A stretch of DNA of 64,000 nt. Source: Octopus sinensis (taxonomy: Eukaryota). The translations under genes were made by a program, and so were the position numbers. How positions within the stretch are numbered: the stretch's first letter is position 1; each line of letters begins with the position of its first letter. Below, in pieces: positions 25,893 through 39,201 of the stretch. The stretch covers positions 173,476,001 through 173,540,000 of the forward strand of contig NC_042999.1 in NCBI RefSeq assembly GCF_006345805.1, in the 5' to 3' direction. The notes under the pieces are model-generated. The model did not search any database, was not told the origin of the DNA, and was given only the letters and a program-made list of their open reading frames with translations.

Positions 25893-26709
25893 ATATATAT
25901 ATATATATATATATACATCAAGAGAGAGAGAGAGAGAGAGAGAGAGAGCTCTGAGATGTAAAAATCTAATATATAAAGTAACATGAAACTAACTTTTGAC
26001 TCGTAAGTATAAAGGTAATAAATAGGTGCTATAGCTTCTGGGAGAAAAATACAGATCTCTGATGTATGTGTCACACAAGGGAACGTGTTTATAAGTCTAT
26101 GCATCAAAATTTCTTAGTTTAACTTTCTTGTTGCTATAAACACTTTCCTGTCCTTCCTCTCTTTACGACTGCAATAAATATTCAGACAAGAAGATAAAGA
26201 TTTAGATTCTGCAGCATATAATGTGTTGCTTTTACTCGACAGAGGAGGGATTCCGACGTAAAACAGAATCCGGTTCAGATGACATGTGTTATGTGGATTA
26301 CATTAAATAAGCTGCATAGCTCAACGTTGGAGATTATCAAAGATTTGTTCCGTTTCTTATTGTAATTGTTGTCAGTACATCGCCACATCTTAGTTTTCAA
26401 TGGAGCTTAAATGAATTCATGTGTCGTCGTTATCTCTAAAGTAATATGCAGTAAATCTATTGAAGGAGTAAATATTTGGATATTTAAGGTGTTTACTACT
26501 GCATGTAAAAAAGTAACTTGACGCCTCTTACGGCCATAATCATCGAAGTTAAGTAACGTAGAAGTTAGTACTTATTAGGGTAACCGGTTGGGCAACCTGG
26601 GTGTTGCAAGCATCTCACTTTTTCAAGATGGTGCCTCAGCATGGCTGCAGTCTAATGACTGAAACAAGGGAAATGCATCGAGCGGATAGCAGTAGGTTTG
26701 ATAGTTATA

Positions 26710-26944
26710 CATATTTCTTTACTACCCACAAGGGGATAAATACACAGGGGACAAACAAGGACAGACAAACAGATTAAGTCGATTACATCGACCCCAGTGC
26801 GTAACTGGTACTTAATTTATCGACCCCGAAAGGACCAAGGCAAAGTCGACCTCGGCGGAATTTGAACTCAGAACGCAATGACAGACGAAATACTGCTAAG
26901 CATTTCGCCCGGCGTGCTAATGTTTCTGCCAGCTCGACGCCTTA
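26710..26944 (-). mobile_element. Full-length family B SINE with 13-bp TSD
   Basis: TSD tttgatagttata at 26697-26709 and 26945-26957. Confidence 0.9.
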
Positions 26945-27519
26945 TTTGATAGTTATATAATGAGTTCACAGTCGCTAACGGAATCTCTTTAGCTCTTAAC
27001 GGAATCTCTTTAGCAAAGATGAAATGTGTGTGTACAAGTGTGCCTGGTATAGAATAAAAGAATATACTTCATAAATTATACAGAAAAAGGCGTTAACAAA
27101 AGAAAGAGAAAAGAAAACAACGAAGTTTCAAGAGTGAAAAGTGAGGTGGGAAGATGGGATGTGTTACGATCGAGGTTCGCCTAGGAAACGTAAAACGAGT
27201 ATACACAAGCAGACATACACACGCAATAGTAAAATGAAATAGCCAAATACTTTACCAACCTTTGACTAAACTCAATATGGTTTTAAACGATTGCGAGAGC
27301 ACCATAATACATTTAGTAGAGTTCGCTAGCTATAGCTAGGAGCTATCACAGATAAAAATTACAGGACAAGACGATAACAATATAAATGTTTGCAGAAAAA
27401 CAGAAGCGAAATGAGTGAATTGTCTTCCGACTATGAACGGAACAAACAAAAAAATTATAAATAGTATAACAACTGAGACAAGAGTATAAGGGAAGTTGAG
27501 GCAAGGAGGTAAATATATA

Positions 27520-28171
27520 TTGGAAAGTTTTTTTGATTAGAAGAAAGTAACAGAAAACAACCGAAGAGTTATCTGTCGAAGATGGAAAAACGGAATAAAT
27601 GGAATAAGAGAGGAAGTGAAACAGGAAGTGAAGAGAAATGAACGTATTTCTGGAGGGAAACAAACCAAGCAAAAAGTAAAAGACGATAATAGAAAGCGAA
27701 CTAGCGAGCCAGAGAGAAGGGGGAGAGAGAGAGGGGGAGGTGTATATGTGAATGTATGTTTGTATGTGTGAATGAATGCGTGTGTATATTTGTGTCTAAA
27801 ATTATTTAAGAGATACCGGTACGTGTAGTTTAATTAACTCTGCATCAGAAAATATTTCTGATATTACCCTGATAACTTGAATGTCCATCTAGCAATAAAA
27901 TATTTGATATACGACTAATGAAGCATGATTAAACCTCGATTGCCAAAATGCTTGGTATGATTTCGCAATCAAAATGTTCATAAATTCAGCAATATTAGGA
28001 ATAAATTATTTGGATTTATCAATTAGCGTACAAAGAAAAGTAATGTAACATACAACATAGGAATTAGTTAATACTTTACAAGTAAATGTATTTAATGTCG
28101 TAATGGTACATACACACACAGATACACTCAAAAGTGTGTGTGTGTGTGTGTGTGTGCGTGTGTGTGTGTGC

Positions 28172-28215
<44 letters not shown>

Positions 28216-28765
28216 GTTATTGAGGAAGATTACTCGGAGACATAATCTATACAATGTACTGTTGTATTTCAATATTGTGATTCTCTTATAATTAATTTAG
28301 CAAGATCGGGCAAGGTTAGAGTACAGTCAGTATTGCCTAGCGAGCGTATATGACTTGATAACATGTATGATATTTTCAAAGTAATTTGGCCCATTTTCGC
28401 CTTGGCTCCGCAAAGCATTTAGTTTTTTGATTGTCGGAAGTATAGCTGGTATTCATTATATCTGAGTAAATACACATAACAGGAAAGAAAGTGCCTTACA
28501 CAAGGACCCGACATTTTGCCTGATTTAAGAACTGCACTCACAAATTATGAACATAAGCCAACCACCCCCTTTATAACTAGGGTTACCACGCGTATTATTT
28601 GATTATAATATAATTGTATGTACATGTGTTACTTACTTCTAATCAAACAAACTTTTCAACATACACATACATAAACATATATATATATTTACATTATATA
28701 CACAGAGCGAGAGATATTACATGTTATATGTAACATGTAATATCTCTCGCTCTGTGTATATAATG

Positions 28766-28846
<81 letters not shown>

Positions 28847-29030
28847 TGAAAAGTTTGTTTGATTAGAAGTAAGTAACAGAAAACAACTGAAGAGTTACGC
28901 TGTAGAAGATAGAAAAACAGAATAAGAAAAGGAGTGAAACAGGAAGTGAAGAGAAATGAACGTATTTCTGGAGGGAAACAAAACAAGCAAGAAGAAAAAG
29001 ACGATAATGGAAAGCGAACCAGCGAGTCAG
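27520..29030. repeat. Diverged direct repeat of about 190 bp (27520-27712 and 28846-29030)
   Basis: Shared gaaacaggaagtgaagagaaatgaacgtatttctggagggaaacaaa core with scattered differences. Confidence 0.85.
28627..28878. repeat. Palindrome with 4-nt loop
   Basis: Centre acatgtta-tatg-taacatgt (loop 28727-28730); arms match out to tgttacttacttctaatc / gattagaagtaagtaaca, with unequal internal microsatellites. Confidence 0.9.
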
Positions 29031-29049
29031 ATATATATTTTACGCAGAA

Positions 29050-29290
29050 GTTTTGTTATTTTTTCCATAATCTGGAAATTTGCACGCTTCTCGGGTTTGA
29101 TATTACGAGCTGCTGCAGGAAAGTTTCTGACTTTAAAGGTATCGCGAAAAGTCTGGTTGGAAGCCCAAATTTCCAAATTCTTTTACAGGGCTTAGTTAAA
29201 CTGAAGGACCGCTGCAATAAGTTTGTAAATCTAATAAACTGATCCTCCTGTATTTTTTTTTTATCCAAAGCCAAGAACTTTTCATCCTTG
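29050..29290 (+). mobile_element. Mariner transposase C-terminal remnant
   Basis: WLEAQISKFF / LQGLVKLKDRCNKFVNL across frameshifts resembles the mariner C-terminus. Confidence 0.5.
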
Positions 29291-29411
29291 ACTCACTAAA
29301 TGCCACGAAAAATCACAGTAAATTCTACAAGTCTAGAATTCGACGTATGATGAAGAAAATACGTCTCGTCCCATCATTTAGTGAAATTTATTGACATATT
29401 GCATTGGAAAT

Positions 29412-29612
29412 CGGCGAGCTGAAAGAATCGTTAGCACGCTGTGTGAAATGCTTAGCAACATTTCGTCTGTCTTCACGTTCTGAGTTCAAATTCCGCCGAG
29501 GTCGAGTTTGCTTTTCATCCTTTCAAAGTTGATAAATTAAATACCAGTTGCGTACTGGGGTCGACTGGACCCGCTCCCCAACTTTAGGCCTTATGCCTAT
29601 GGTAGAAAGGAT
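29412..29612 (+). mobile_element. Family B SINE (diverged)
   Basis: ggcgagctg..gagttcaaattccgccgaggtcg..ccagttgcgtactggggtcga. Confidence 0.8.
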
Positions 29613-29830
29613 AGTTAGGCATTGGCAAGTCTACCGTATTACACACTATATGGTAAGTTTTATTTTCAAGAAATATTTAAACTTTTTCTTATAGGCATAC
29701 ATATAAGGCAGCTCATACTTTTATATTTAATCCCAATTAGTGAAAATTATTAAATTTATTAATATTTTACAACTCATTCAGTAAATCTTGTTAACATTTA
29801 GCATCATTATTAACGAAACTAATTTAGAAC

Positions 29831-30025
29831 AGTGAGCTAGAAGAATCGTTAGCATGCCGGAAAATGTTTGGCGGCATTCCATCCTTTTTTTACATTCTGA
29901 GTCCAAATTCTGCCCAGGTTGACTTTGTTTTTCATCCTTTCTGGGTCAACAAATCAAGTACCCGCTGAGCACTGGAATTACTGATTCACCCGAAATTCTT
30001 AGCCGTGTGCCAAAATTTGAAACCG
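29831..30025 (+). mobile_element. Family B SINE (old)
   Basis: gtgagctagaagaatcgttagcatgccgg..gagtccaaattctgcccaggttgactttg. Confidence 0.65.
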
Positions 30026-30949
30026 ATATTAGCGAAACCATTTGGTTAGATTGTACCAAGTCTATTTACAAAGTGAAGTAACAGGAAATATTTCATTTTT
30101 CTTTCAAACACAGTGTCATGTAAGTATGACTTTATATCTCATTTAATTATCTTTTTTCTTGGTTTCATTTCCTTTTAATAATTTCACAACAATCACTCTT
30201 CAACTGTACATCGTAAATCTTTTCAAACAAAATTATCAAAAAAATAATAATAATAATGATAAAGTAGCCAAATGAGTCTAATTAGACAAATTTATTATCT
30301 TAATAATTAAACACTCTTCACTGTAAATCTCTCTGGACGAAAATGTAAGCAACAAATTTATTATCGTAAAAACTAAACACTCCAGCATTTATCGTAAACC
30401 TCTTCGAAAATTATAAACTTGTCAAATCTAATTAGATTAATATAATATCTTAAAAATAAATCAACTTTCATCCTAAATTGCTCTACTTCCATTAACTCTC
30501 AAAAAATTCACTTAATCTGATTGTTACCAAAAAAAAGCTGACTTTATTAAAAGAAGAAATATTCAAGATGAAACGAAATTGGCCATTTGAAGAAAGGCAT
30601 GTGTTTTATAACCGTAGAAATGGTCTACTGAGGTGGCTTCAAACAACAGCCTGACTGCAGGAGCATGAGATAGCTCTGACTTCTATAAATCAATGACATA
30701 AGTAGGAAAAAGAATGCATTCATTAATTCTTTTAATCCCTTGTGAAGCCATATATAAGTATATTAAATAATTTTATGTAGCATGAAGATGTAGAAAGCCA
30801 AGAACATGCACTATTCGCACAGACAGCCACCACAATTAAAATCCAGAATAGCCATCGCACCCCCCCCCCCCCAAATATGCCACAAATGTTATTATTCAGA
30901 TTCAGAGACCGAATCCAGTTCTATAATAGCAAAATTCCATATTTGAGCA

Positions 30950-31530
30950 ATCTTTCTGCAAGCAAGCAATGAATGCACATCAGTTACAAAAACTCATCTA
31001 TGTACCGATATATCTGATGGAGAGATACACATACCAAAGTATACTGTGTCTTAGGCAAACAGAAAAGAAAGAGATCGTAGCAGATTTGCAATATACACCA
31101 GCAAAGATATTACGTCTATAATCTTATTGACACATTCAAACGCAGTTTGTGACATAATATGTACGATACACCGCCCACCATTTTATACTCAAATCACAAT
31201 GGAAATTTTGAGATAAGAAATTCTAACAGAGATGTAGCCAGTATTTCCCCTTTGTGAGAAATAGTCTGTGGGAAAGCTAAAAGCCTTTCTATCGGCTTCC
31301 AGGAAGTAACATAACGTGCAATAACTGTTTGCTGATCAACGTATCACTTCCGGGATTGCCAAATGCTTTCAACCGACTCATTAGAAATGGATCAGATTCA
31401 GCAGTAAGGTCCACAGTTCCCAAAAAATGTCCAATATGCTTGTATCCTATAATCTTTCCCAACTCCTTAAAGCCAGGCCTCTTGCGATTAGAAATATTAC
31501 CACCGCCACAACACAGCTGAATATTTCAGT
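30950..31530 (-). mobile_element. Decayed hAT transposase fragment
   Basis: HFLGTVDLTAESDPFLMSRLKAFGNPGS and ERLLAFPQTISHKGEILATSLLEFL resemble hAT (DUF4371-type) motifs GNFLG.LEL.A.FDPFL and ERF..F..H.G..LA. Confidence 0.5.
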
Positions 31531-31744
31531 CCAATATTTCTGGGGTTTTTTTTCCATTTTCTAACTTTCTATTAACATACCTTACGTGAAATATTCTTTT
31601 CTACTCTAGGAGACGAAATGGAATGACGATGACGTAATGGAATAACGATGACAAAAAATATACACATATTAACTTATATAAGAGCACGCATACAGGTATG
31701 TCTATACACATGCATAAATATAACATAAAACATAAATTCATGCA

Positions 31745-31881
31745 TACTTAATACATACATACATACATACATACATACACATACATACATACATACATAC
31801 ATACACACATACATAAACACACACATACATACATACACATACATACATACATACATACATACATACATACATACATACATA
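31745..31881. repeat. (CATA)n microsatellite
   Basis: Direct reading. Confidence 0.95.
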
Positions 31882-31980
31882 CAAAAAAGCCCTGTTATTG
31901 ATGTCTAAATTCTAATGAAGGAGCCTTGGATTTAGGTTAGAAACTGATTCTTTCTGTATTTCAAGAAATCTTGAATAATG
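31882..31980 (+). mobile_element. 3' UTR end of the (CATA)n-associated RLE LINE
   Basis: ccctgttattgatg..gagccttggatttaggttagaaac..aataatga-catacat; homologous to 8890-8985 and 32600-32680. Confidence 0.7.
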
Positions 31981-32004
31981 ACATACATATACGCACATGT
32001 ATGG

Positions 32005-32680
32005 GTACCCCCGAGGATGAAGAAATAAGAATCCACAGTGTGTTAGAAGCCATAGCCACTCGTAATAAAAGTGGATACTGGTGGAATGTCCCACTGAAAA
32101 TGTCAACGAAATGTAAACCCAATAGACCTGATATAATTATTTGGGATAGAGAGGAGAAACTGTGTGAGAGGAGAAACAGTTGTGAAAATCAGCTGCCCGG
32201 CGGACGTTAACATAAAGCTGAAAATTGGAAACATAAAGCTAAAGATTTAAGTGTAAAAGCGAATACTTACGCTGAACTATTGACAAATCTACATTTACAC
32301 TCTCCAGGTTACAAGTTCAGGTTTATACCCGTACTTAGGGCACTGGAGTGTGTAACACACTGCACAACTACCAATTTTGAGTAATTAGGCTTCACAAAAC
32401 CAGAAAGGAGAAAGCTGATTCGAAGACTACAGATTCAAGCCATGAGTGGAACTGTAAAAATTTGTAAAAGTGTCCAGAAGCTGATCATTTATATATATAT
32501 GAGCATGTCTATATATGCAACCATATGCATGAGAAGGCATTCATAAAACAAAGCATTCATAAAACAAATCTGAACGTATAAATATATGAAATACCAAAAT
32601 ACCCTCAGGGAGCCTTGGATCTAGGTTAGAAACCGACTCTTTCTCTATTGGCAAGTGATCTTGAAATAAAACTGAATGAC
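32005..32680 (+). mobile_element. 5'-truncated (CATA)n-associated RLE LINE (endonuclease plus 3' UTR)
   Basis: VLEAIATRNKSGYWWNVPLKMSTKCKPNRPDIIIWDREEKLC..ISCPADVNIKLKI..YKFRFIPV; ends aaataaaactgaatga-catacatac. Confidence 0.8.
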
Positions 32681-32822
32681 ATACATACACACACACATGC
32701 ATCAATCCATCCACCCATCCATCCACCCATCCATTCATCCATCCATCCATCCATCCATCCATACATACATACATCCATACATCCATCCATCCATCCATAC
32801 ATACATACATACATACATACAT

Positions 32823-33240
32823 ACGTTAGATACATTACATTCCACCAAATAGGATACACCTTCATTATCCAGAACATGGATATAGCTACTAAATACCTGA
32901 TGAGCAAGAACACAAAGATACTACCAGGCCTCTACGTCGTTGATAGAAAATGTTGGCTCTGCTATTCCGGTGTGGTGGAGGGGTTCACCCACATCATCAT
33001 TTGTCCCAAAAGAGATATTATCCGCCCCTGATGCATGATATACTTGTAAAGACTATTTACAATACTATCCACCGTATACATCAAATTCGTGTCAGAACCA
33101 CCATGTATTCATACCTTTAAAAACAATGAATACTGGTCGAAAACGCCAATAAAGAACAACAATTAGGAGCAAATATAACAGACCTGACATTCTTATATCG
33201 AACAGAGAACAAAAGTCATGCCAGGTGGAGATGTCAGGTA
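32823..33240 (+). mobile_element. Third fragment of the same RLE LINE family (zinc finger to endonuclease)
   Basis: [45 protein letters not shown]; begins right after (CATC/CATA)n. Confidence 0.7.
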
Positions 33241-33702
33241 TATTGCGAATGTGGACGTACAATCATATAGTCCGTAAAAATCAGAATATTTATGGTGAAT
33301 CAATGCAGAACATAGTTTTGTTACTCTGAATATTATTTCTCATATGTATCTACCATCATAGGTGCATTAGGTTATGTACCAACAAATTTACACGAAAACC
33401 TAGAAATTTGTTTTCGGTGTTTTCTCCCCTCTTCCTAAAGGATTCCACATTACTAAATATACATATAAATGCGTCATCCAAAGCACATGAAACATATGTA
33501 ATGGTGAATAAATAATGCTCCAAAGAGTCCCCCATCTCTTGTTCAGGTATGTGTGTGTGTGAGTGCATGTGTATGAATATGTGCATATACGTGTATGAGA
33601 TCTCCCTTTTAGTAGAAAGAATAGCTATAACTCTTTGACTGCTATTTCTAAATTCGGTGTGTGGTGAGGCAATTCGTTGCTAAACCCTTAATTGCTTAGT
33701 AT

Positions 33703-33772
<70 letters not shown>

Positions 33773-34916
33773 CACATATACATATGTACATATACAGACC
33801 ACACAGAAATACCGATACACACACACATATACGTGTGTGAGGGGTGTACAGAAATTATTTAAGTTACTTCCATGCAAGCGGCATTAATTTATACGCATTA
33901 CAATGAATGAAATGAAATATTTAATACGGTGCGAAGTAGATATCTAAGAGAAGTAGTCATTCACTGGTCCGAAAATTCAAAGATTGTAATCACTCGAAAC
34001 AGTCTTTGGTAGTATAAAATTTTCTCAGTGTATAGTGGCAAGTGTTTCTATGGTCCACTTCCATTTATGTAAATATATAAAGCGGTGTAGAATATAGAGA
34101 AAAGTCATTATATAGTGTTGAAGATCTAATCGAGTGGACAGATGGAGGGAAATGATCGATCTACTACGTGAATAGTAGACTAGAAATATACATTGTATTT
34201 TATTGGTTTTTGCATCAAATAATAATAAAATGCAATTCACAATTCTGTCCATATTTCTTAAATATTAAATTTTGGTCGTACAATAGGTGCATACTCACAC
34301 ATAGGTGCAGTTACGCAGATATTGTAAAGTATAGGTATATTTTTCGATATACAAACATTCTTATACACAGACCTACATACGGAAACAAATATACATTGGT
34401 GTGTTATATACAAAAATATACTTGAAATATTTTGTTCGTATGTCTACGGGCAGAAAGAAATACGCGGTCAAATTAAAAGAAAAAGTCAGCAAAAGAGAGA
34501 TAAGGGGAGAGAGAGAGAAAATGAGAGAAAGAGAGAAACATGAACCAAAAGAAATGAGTGAATCTAATGACAAAAGGTGAACAGAAAGGAAAGAGTTACA
34601 ATAAGGGAACTTAAGCTCTTGGTATATATGATGTAATCAATTTGAATTCAGGTGAATATTCGCAAATAACGTTCAACGTAGTTGCTTCAAAAATGGTCAT
34701 TCATGCGTATAAATAGATATATAGATGTAATAATACAAGCAAAGCAATATGATTTACATAAATACATACGCTTATATACACACACACAAACACACTCACC
34801 TATATATATGTATGTATGTATGTATATATGTATGTATGCATTTGGGATGTATATGTACAAATGTGCAAATGTGAGTGTGCATGTGTACATGTATATAGGT
34901 CTGTGTGTGATACATA

Positions 34917-34954
<38 letters not shown>

Positions 34955-36309
34955 AGTGTGTGAGTGTATTTACAGGTGTGCGTCTATTATACTCATTCAA
35001 CCATAAAATCACCATTCATTAAAACTCCGTCCGGTCCCACCTGTCATGAAATCCATTCATACACATTTTATTTTTGCCGCTTCATACACATTTTATTTTT
35101 GCCCTTAAAAGCTGAATCACTCATGCACAAATAAAAGAAATGCATGTTCAGTACAACGTATTTCAAGGTCCAAAAGTTATTTTGCCATTCACTCAACTTC
35201 GCAAAGCCCCATTCATTAGAGGTTTAGCTAACGGACACAACCTTAATTGCTTCTTTATATAATTGCATTCAAAAACGTTCAGTTAAAATAGCAAACACAC
35301 CCACATAGAAAATAGGAAAAAGTAAAGAAAAATGCATAATAAAATAAATCAATTATCCTACCATCAACTCACCGACGAACTGTAAAGAAATTAATAGCAC
35401 GCCTCTCTATAATTACAAGAAATAAAAATGCATGAAAAACATGGAAAAGGGCTAACCAATGAACAAACTCAATCACCAGATAGCACTCAGCAATGGGTAT
35501 ATACACACCATATTTAACGAATTTTAACAGTTTCTCCTGAAGATCGCAGTGACTTGAAACTCGAGCCCTGATACAGAAACCTGTTTCAGTTTTCATAAGC
35601 TTTATATGGTGGGGGGGCTAGGATATATATATAGATGGTGAGATAGACAAGCAGACAAAGACAGAAACGGAGATGCAGATTGAAAAAGCAAAAAATAAAA
35701 GAGGTGTTGTGCTGAACGAACACACGACTTATTCATGTAGTAACTTTGAGCTACAAACTTTCTAATTTAGATTAAATATTTTAAAGTAAAAAATCTCCCA
35801 ACATGAGACTCTGAATTGCGTAACTGGAATTAAAAAATAATTTTGGCATGTGGCGACATTTTAATAATATGAATCTACAGACATTTCTTCCTAGATTTCA
35901 GGCTTCGTTTATTAATAACAATAGCTATGTTAAATCTGTTATAGACAGACGACAGGAACTGGCGCACCATGTAAAGTACTTAACTTATTTAGCATTTTAA
36001 ATATTTTTTTTAATGTTATTCACTGTTGAGAATAAATGATTCTCTGACGCTGTAGAGAAGTATTTATGCCGTCGCTCAAATCCATAATTATTATCAGGAA
36101 AATCTTCCACGAGATCATTCTCAAAGCAGTGTAACATCATTATATATATAGAAAAGGTCACAGATATGTGCCGAAAGATTTCCGGACAATGGACAGGTAT
36201 TACAATAATAAATAAAATAACAGTAATAAACGAAAAAAATTATGTAGTGTGAGTGTTTATTAGGCAAAAAAAATAATAATATAATATTTTTTTTTTACCA
36301 TCCCGAAGT

Positions 36310-36464
<155 letters not shown>

Positions 36465-36469
36465 TTATG

Positions 36470-36635
36470 GCAACAGGTCTTGGTTTGTTTACATCCCCGT
36501 AACTTAGCGGTTCGGCAAAAGAGACCGATTGAATAAGTACCAGGCTTTCAAAGAATAGGTCCAGGGTTCGATTTCTTCGACTAAAAATGCAGTGCTCCAG
36601 CATGGCCACAATCAAAATGACTGAAATAAGTAAAG
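36470..36635 (+). mobile_element. SINE family A 3' half
   Basis: ccccgtaacttagcggttcggcaaaagagaccg..ccagcatggccac..gactgaaataagtaa. Confidence 0.75.
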
Positions 36636-37087
36636 GAATCTGTGTGTGTGTGTGCGTGTGTGTGTATAAATGTGTGTATGTGTGGGGGGTGGGCTCGACT
36701 ATCAACTTTCATATGTATTGAATTCTTTTCGAATGCTATAACTTGTAACCACTACTGAGACAGCATGAGGTAATAATCTATGTATCTTATTCTCAGTCGT
36801 GTGGTAATTGGCACTATGCTTTTCTTTCAGCATCTTTTATATAGCACTAGACTTCATTAAATGGTTCTGGCTAGATTACATTGAATAAAAGACTATACAC
36901 ATGTTACATATCTGATCTGTAAGTGAGGTTAATGAATCGTATAATTTTGTTAACATTCTCTAATATTCCTCAAACTCTTTGAGCTTTCAATGTGATGTGA
37001 GACTTATGCAGAGCTGTTTAGAAACAGTTTTAATAGTTTGGAAAGTGATAGTTTCTAAGCTTCTGTGTCAATAGAATTATGCTTTAG

Positions 37088-37670
37088 AGAAGACAAATAT
37101 ATTTCTAAAAAGAGAATGTCCTATCGACGGGTAGAAATATCCATACCTCCCTCGATAAATATTTATTCAACGGTGCTGCCATGTTTTAAATAACACAATC
37201 GCAGTTTCGTTGTCCTAAACTGGTGCAATAGATCTTGGTCATAGAGGGGATATTAGGAATCTTTAAAATACGTTCGCAGTGCACGAGCGTGATTTAATGT
37301 AAAAGGAATTATACGAGAGAAGGCCAGACGACTCAAGAAAGAGGAAACTATATGATTTAATGTACCCTCCAGGATTGGTAATGTCGTTACCACAATTTTA
37401 ACCCGTCTATTATATATTTCTGAATTGTATTATACAAATCAAAGTGTTACTAGATGCTGTATTTCAGTGGCCATTTTGAAAGCTTTAATTTATTGTCATA
37501 AGTTACATAAAGGTAGGAATATGATATACCTCAATATTGTAGATCTACTTTACTTATATCAGCGAGCTGACAAAATTCAGAGCGCATCAGTATTTAAATC
37601 CTTAGCAAACGAAGCTTTCACAATTTTAATAATATTTCAGGCGCTAGATATTAAGCAATGGGGAAATTAG
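37088..37670 (+). pseudogene. Stop-sparse frame, candidate decayed exon
   Basis: After atgctttag| about 194 codons with 5 internal stops; the last 104 codons (37356-37667) are stop-free (..VAILKALIYCHKLHKG..DKIQSASVFKSLANEAFTIL..). Confidence 0.3.
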
Positions 37671-37721
37671 GCTCATAAGTTGGTTAATGTAATTTTTCTA
37701 AATATAGTTTAGGAGGTTATA

Positions 37722-38028
37722 CGTTGTTTGTTCCTTGTTGAGCTATGCCTGGCTCATAAGGGCCGATTTTCCCGGTTTCTTTGGTGTATAGGTTCCCTAC
37801 CTGGACGACCGCCGGTCTGTCGCAGGTGAGCTGTAAGATGCAGGAGGAAAGAGTGAGAGAAAGTTGTGGCGAAAGAGTCAGCAGAAGTTCGCCATTACCT
37901 TCTGCTGGAGTCGCGTGGAGCTTAGGTGTTTCGCTCATAAACACACACATCGTCCGGTCTGAGATTCGAACCCGCAATCCATCGACAACGATCCGCTGCT
38001 CTAACCACTAGTCCATGTGCCTCCACAC
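37722..38028 (-). mobile_element. Full-length tRNA-derived SINE, family C, 11-bp TSD
   Basis: Head ggaggcacatggactAGTGGTTAGAgc..GGGTTCGAATCTC; TSD aggaggttata at 37711-37721 and 38029-38039. Confidence 0.9.
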
Positions 38029-38678
38029 AGGAGGTTATATAGTAGCTTATGACTGGTAACTATAATGAAAGAGTCACATATAACCTGGTTACATTGAGTG
38101 TAGGATGATGTCTATGTTAAAAGTAACATAGCTAAAGGCTTCTTGACACTGGTAGTTAAGCTCTTTTGCATCAATCATCGTTAGAGGAAATTCTTTCAGA
38201 GACTCAGTGTATTATAAGTATTGTCGCATAAGAAAACGACGGTGAGAAAATCACATATATATATTACTTTGCTTATCCTGGAAAACATATTTCAACACGC
38301 AGATGGTCCAGCGTTATTATTACACATGTTCGTGTATATGATGTGCTGATATTTAAGAAATGAGATACATCTATTGGCTGGGACTCAAAAGTTTTGCGAA
38401 ATAGAATATAACAATGTGTAGCAGTAAAGTACTTGTAAGAGAAAAAATGTTGTACGTATAGCAGTGTGATTAAGAATTTCGCCTAAAACCCACATAGTAA
38501 AAACACTGGTCCCACTGCACAATTTCTTGTATCTTGTACATGTATCCTTTTATAGGCATGAGTTAAACAATGACTTGTGAGCGAAGTTTGCTACAGAGAA
38601 CAATTCGTTGCACAGTTGTATATACATATACACACACATATATATATATGTGTATGTATGTATATATATATATATACA

Positions 38679-38712
<34 letters not shown>

Positions 38713-38716
<4 letters not shown>

Positions 38717-38833
38717 TGAAGTATATTTCCCACTTAAATGTGGCTAACCCTTAAAGGTGCATGTTACTGTAGTTTGTAGCCCCAGGAAGACACCATCTCC
38801 AGCTGGCTACTGACACACTTTCTGTGCCTATCA

Positions 38834-38875
<42 letters not shown>

Positions 38876-39128
38876 CCATTGGGGAAAACTACATTTTGAA
38901 AACCGGTAATTGTCACATGCTGGTCATGGGTCAATACCCAGAAACTCGGGCTCGTGTGCATCATGTCAGGTTGGAGATGGGAAGGATGGCTTCCCTTTGC
39001 AAATACTGAGAGTGCAGAGAAAGTGTGTCAATAACCAGCTGGAGGAGTTGTCTTCTTGGGGCTACAAGCTACAGTAGCATCCACCCTTCAGGATTAGCCA
39101 CGTTTAAGTGTGAAATATACTTCACGAT
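38713..39128. mobile_element. MITE with TIRs of about 115 bp
   Basis: atcgtgaagtatatttc.. / ..gaaatatacttcacgat; arms 38713-38826 and about 39015-39128 are imperfectly complementary; internal (TA)n. Confidence 0.85.
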
Positions 39129-39164
39129 GACGTGCAGCTACTGTTTATACCTCGCTCATAGATT

Positions 39165-39201
<37 letters not shown>

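Noticed and set aside
35535-35570. CTGAAGA...GAAAC hammerhead-like motif
   Set aside because: No GUH after stem III and poor stem II pairing.
38200-38435. Another candidate plus-strand exon with good splice-like ends
   Set aside because: The protein-like reading needs at least one frameshift plus stops, too weak to list as a feature.
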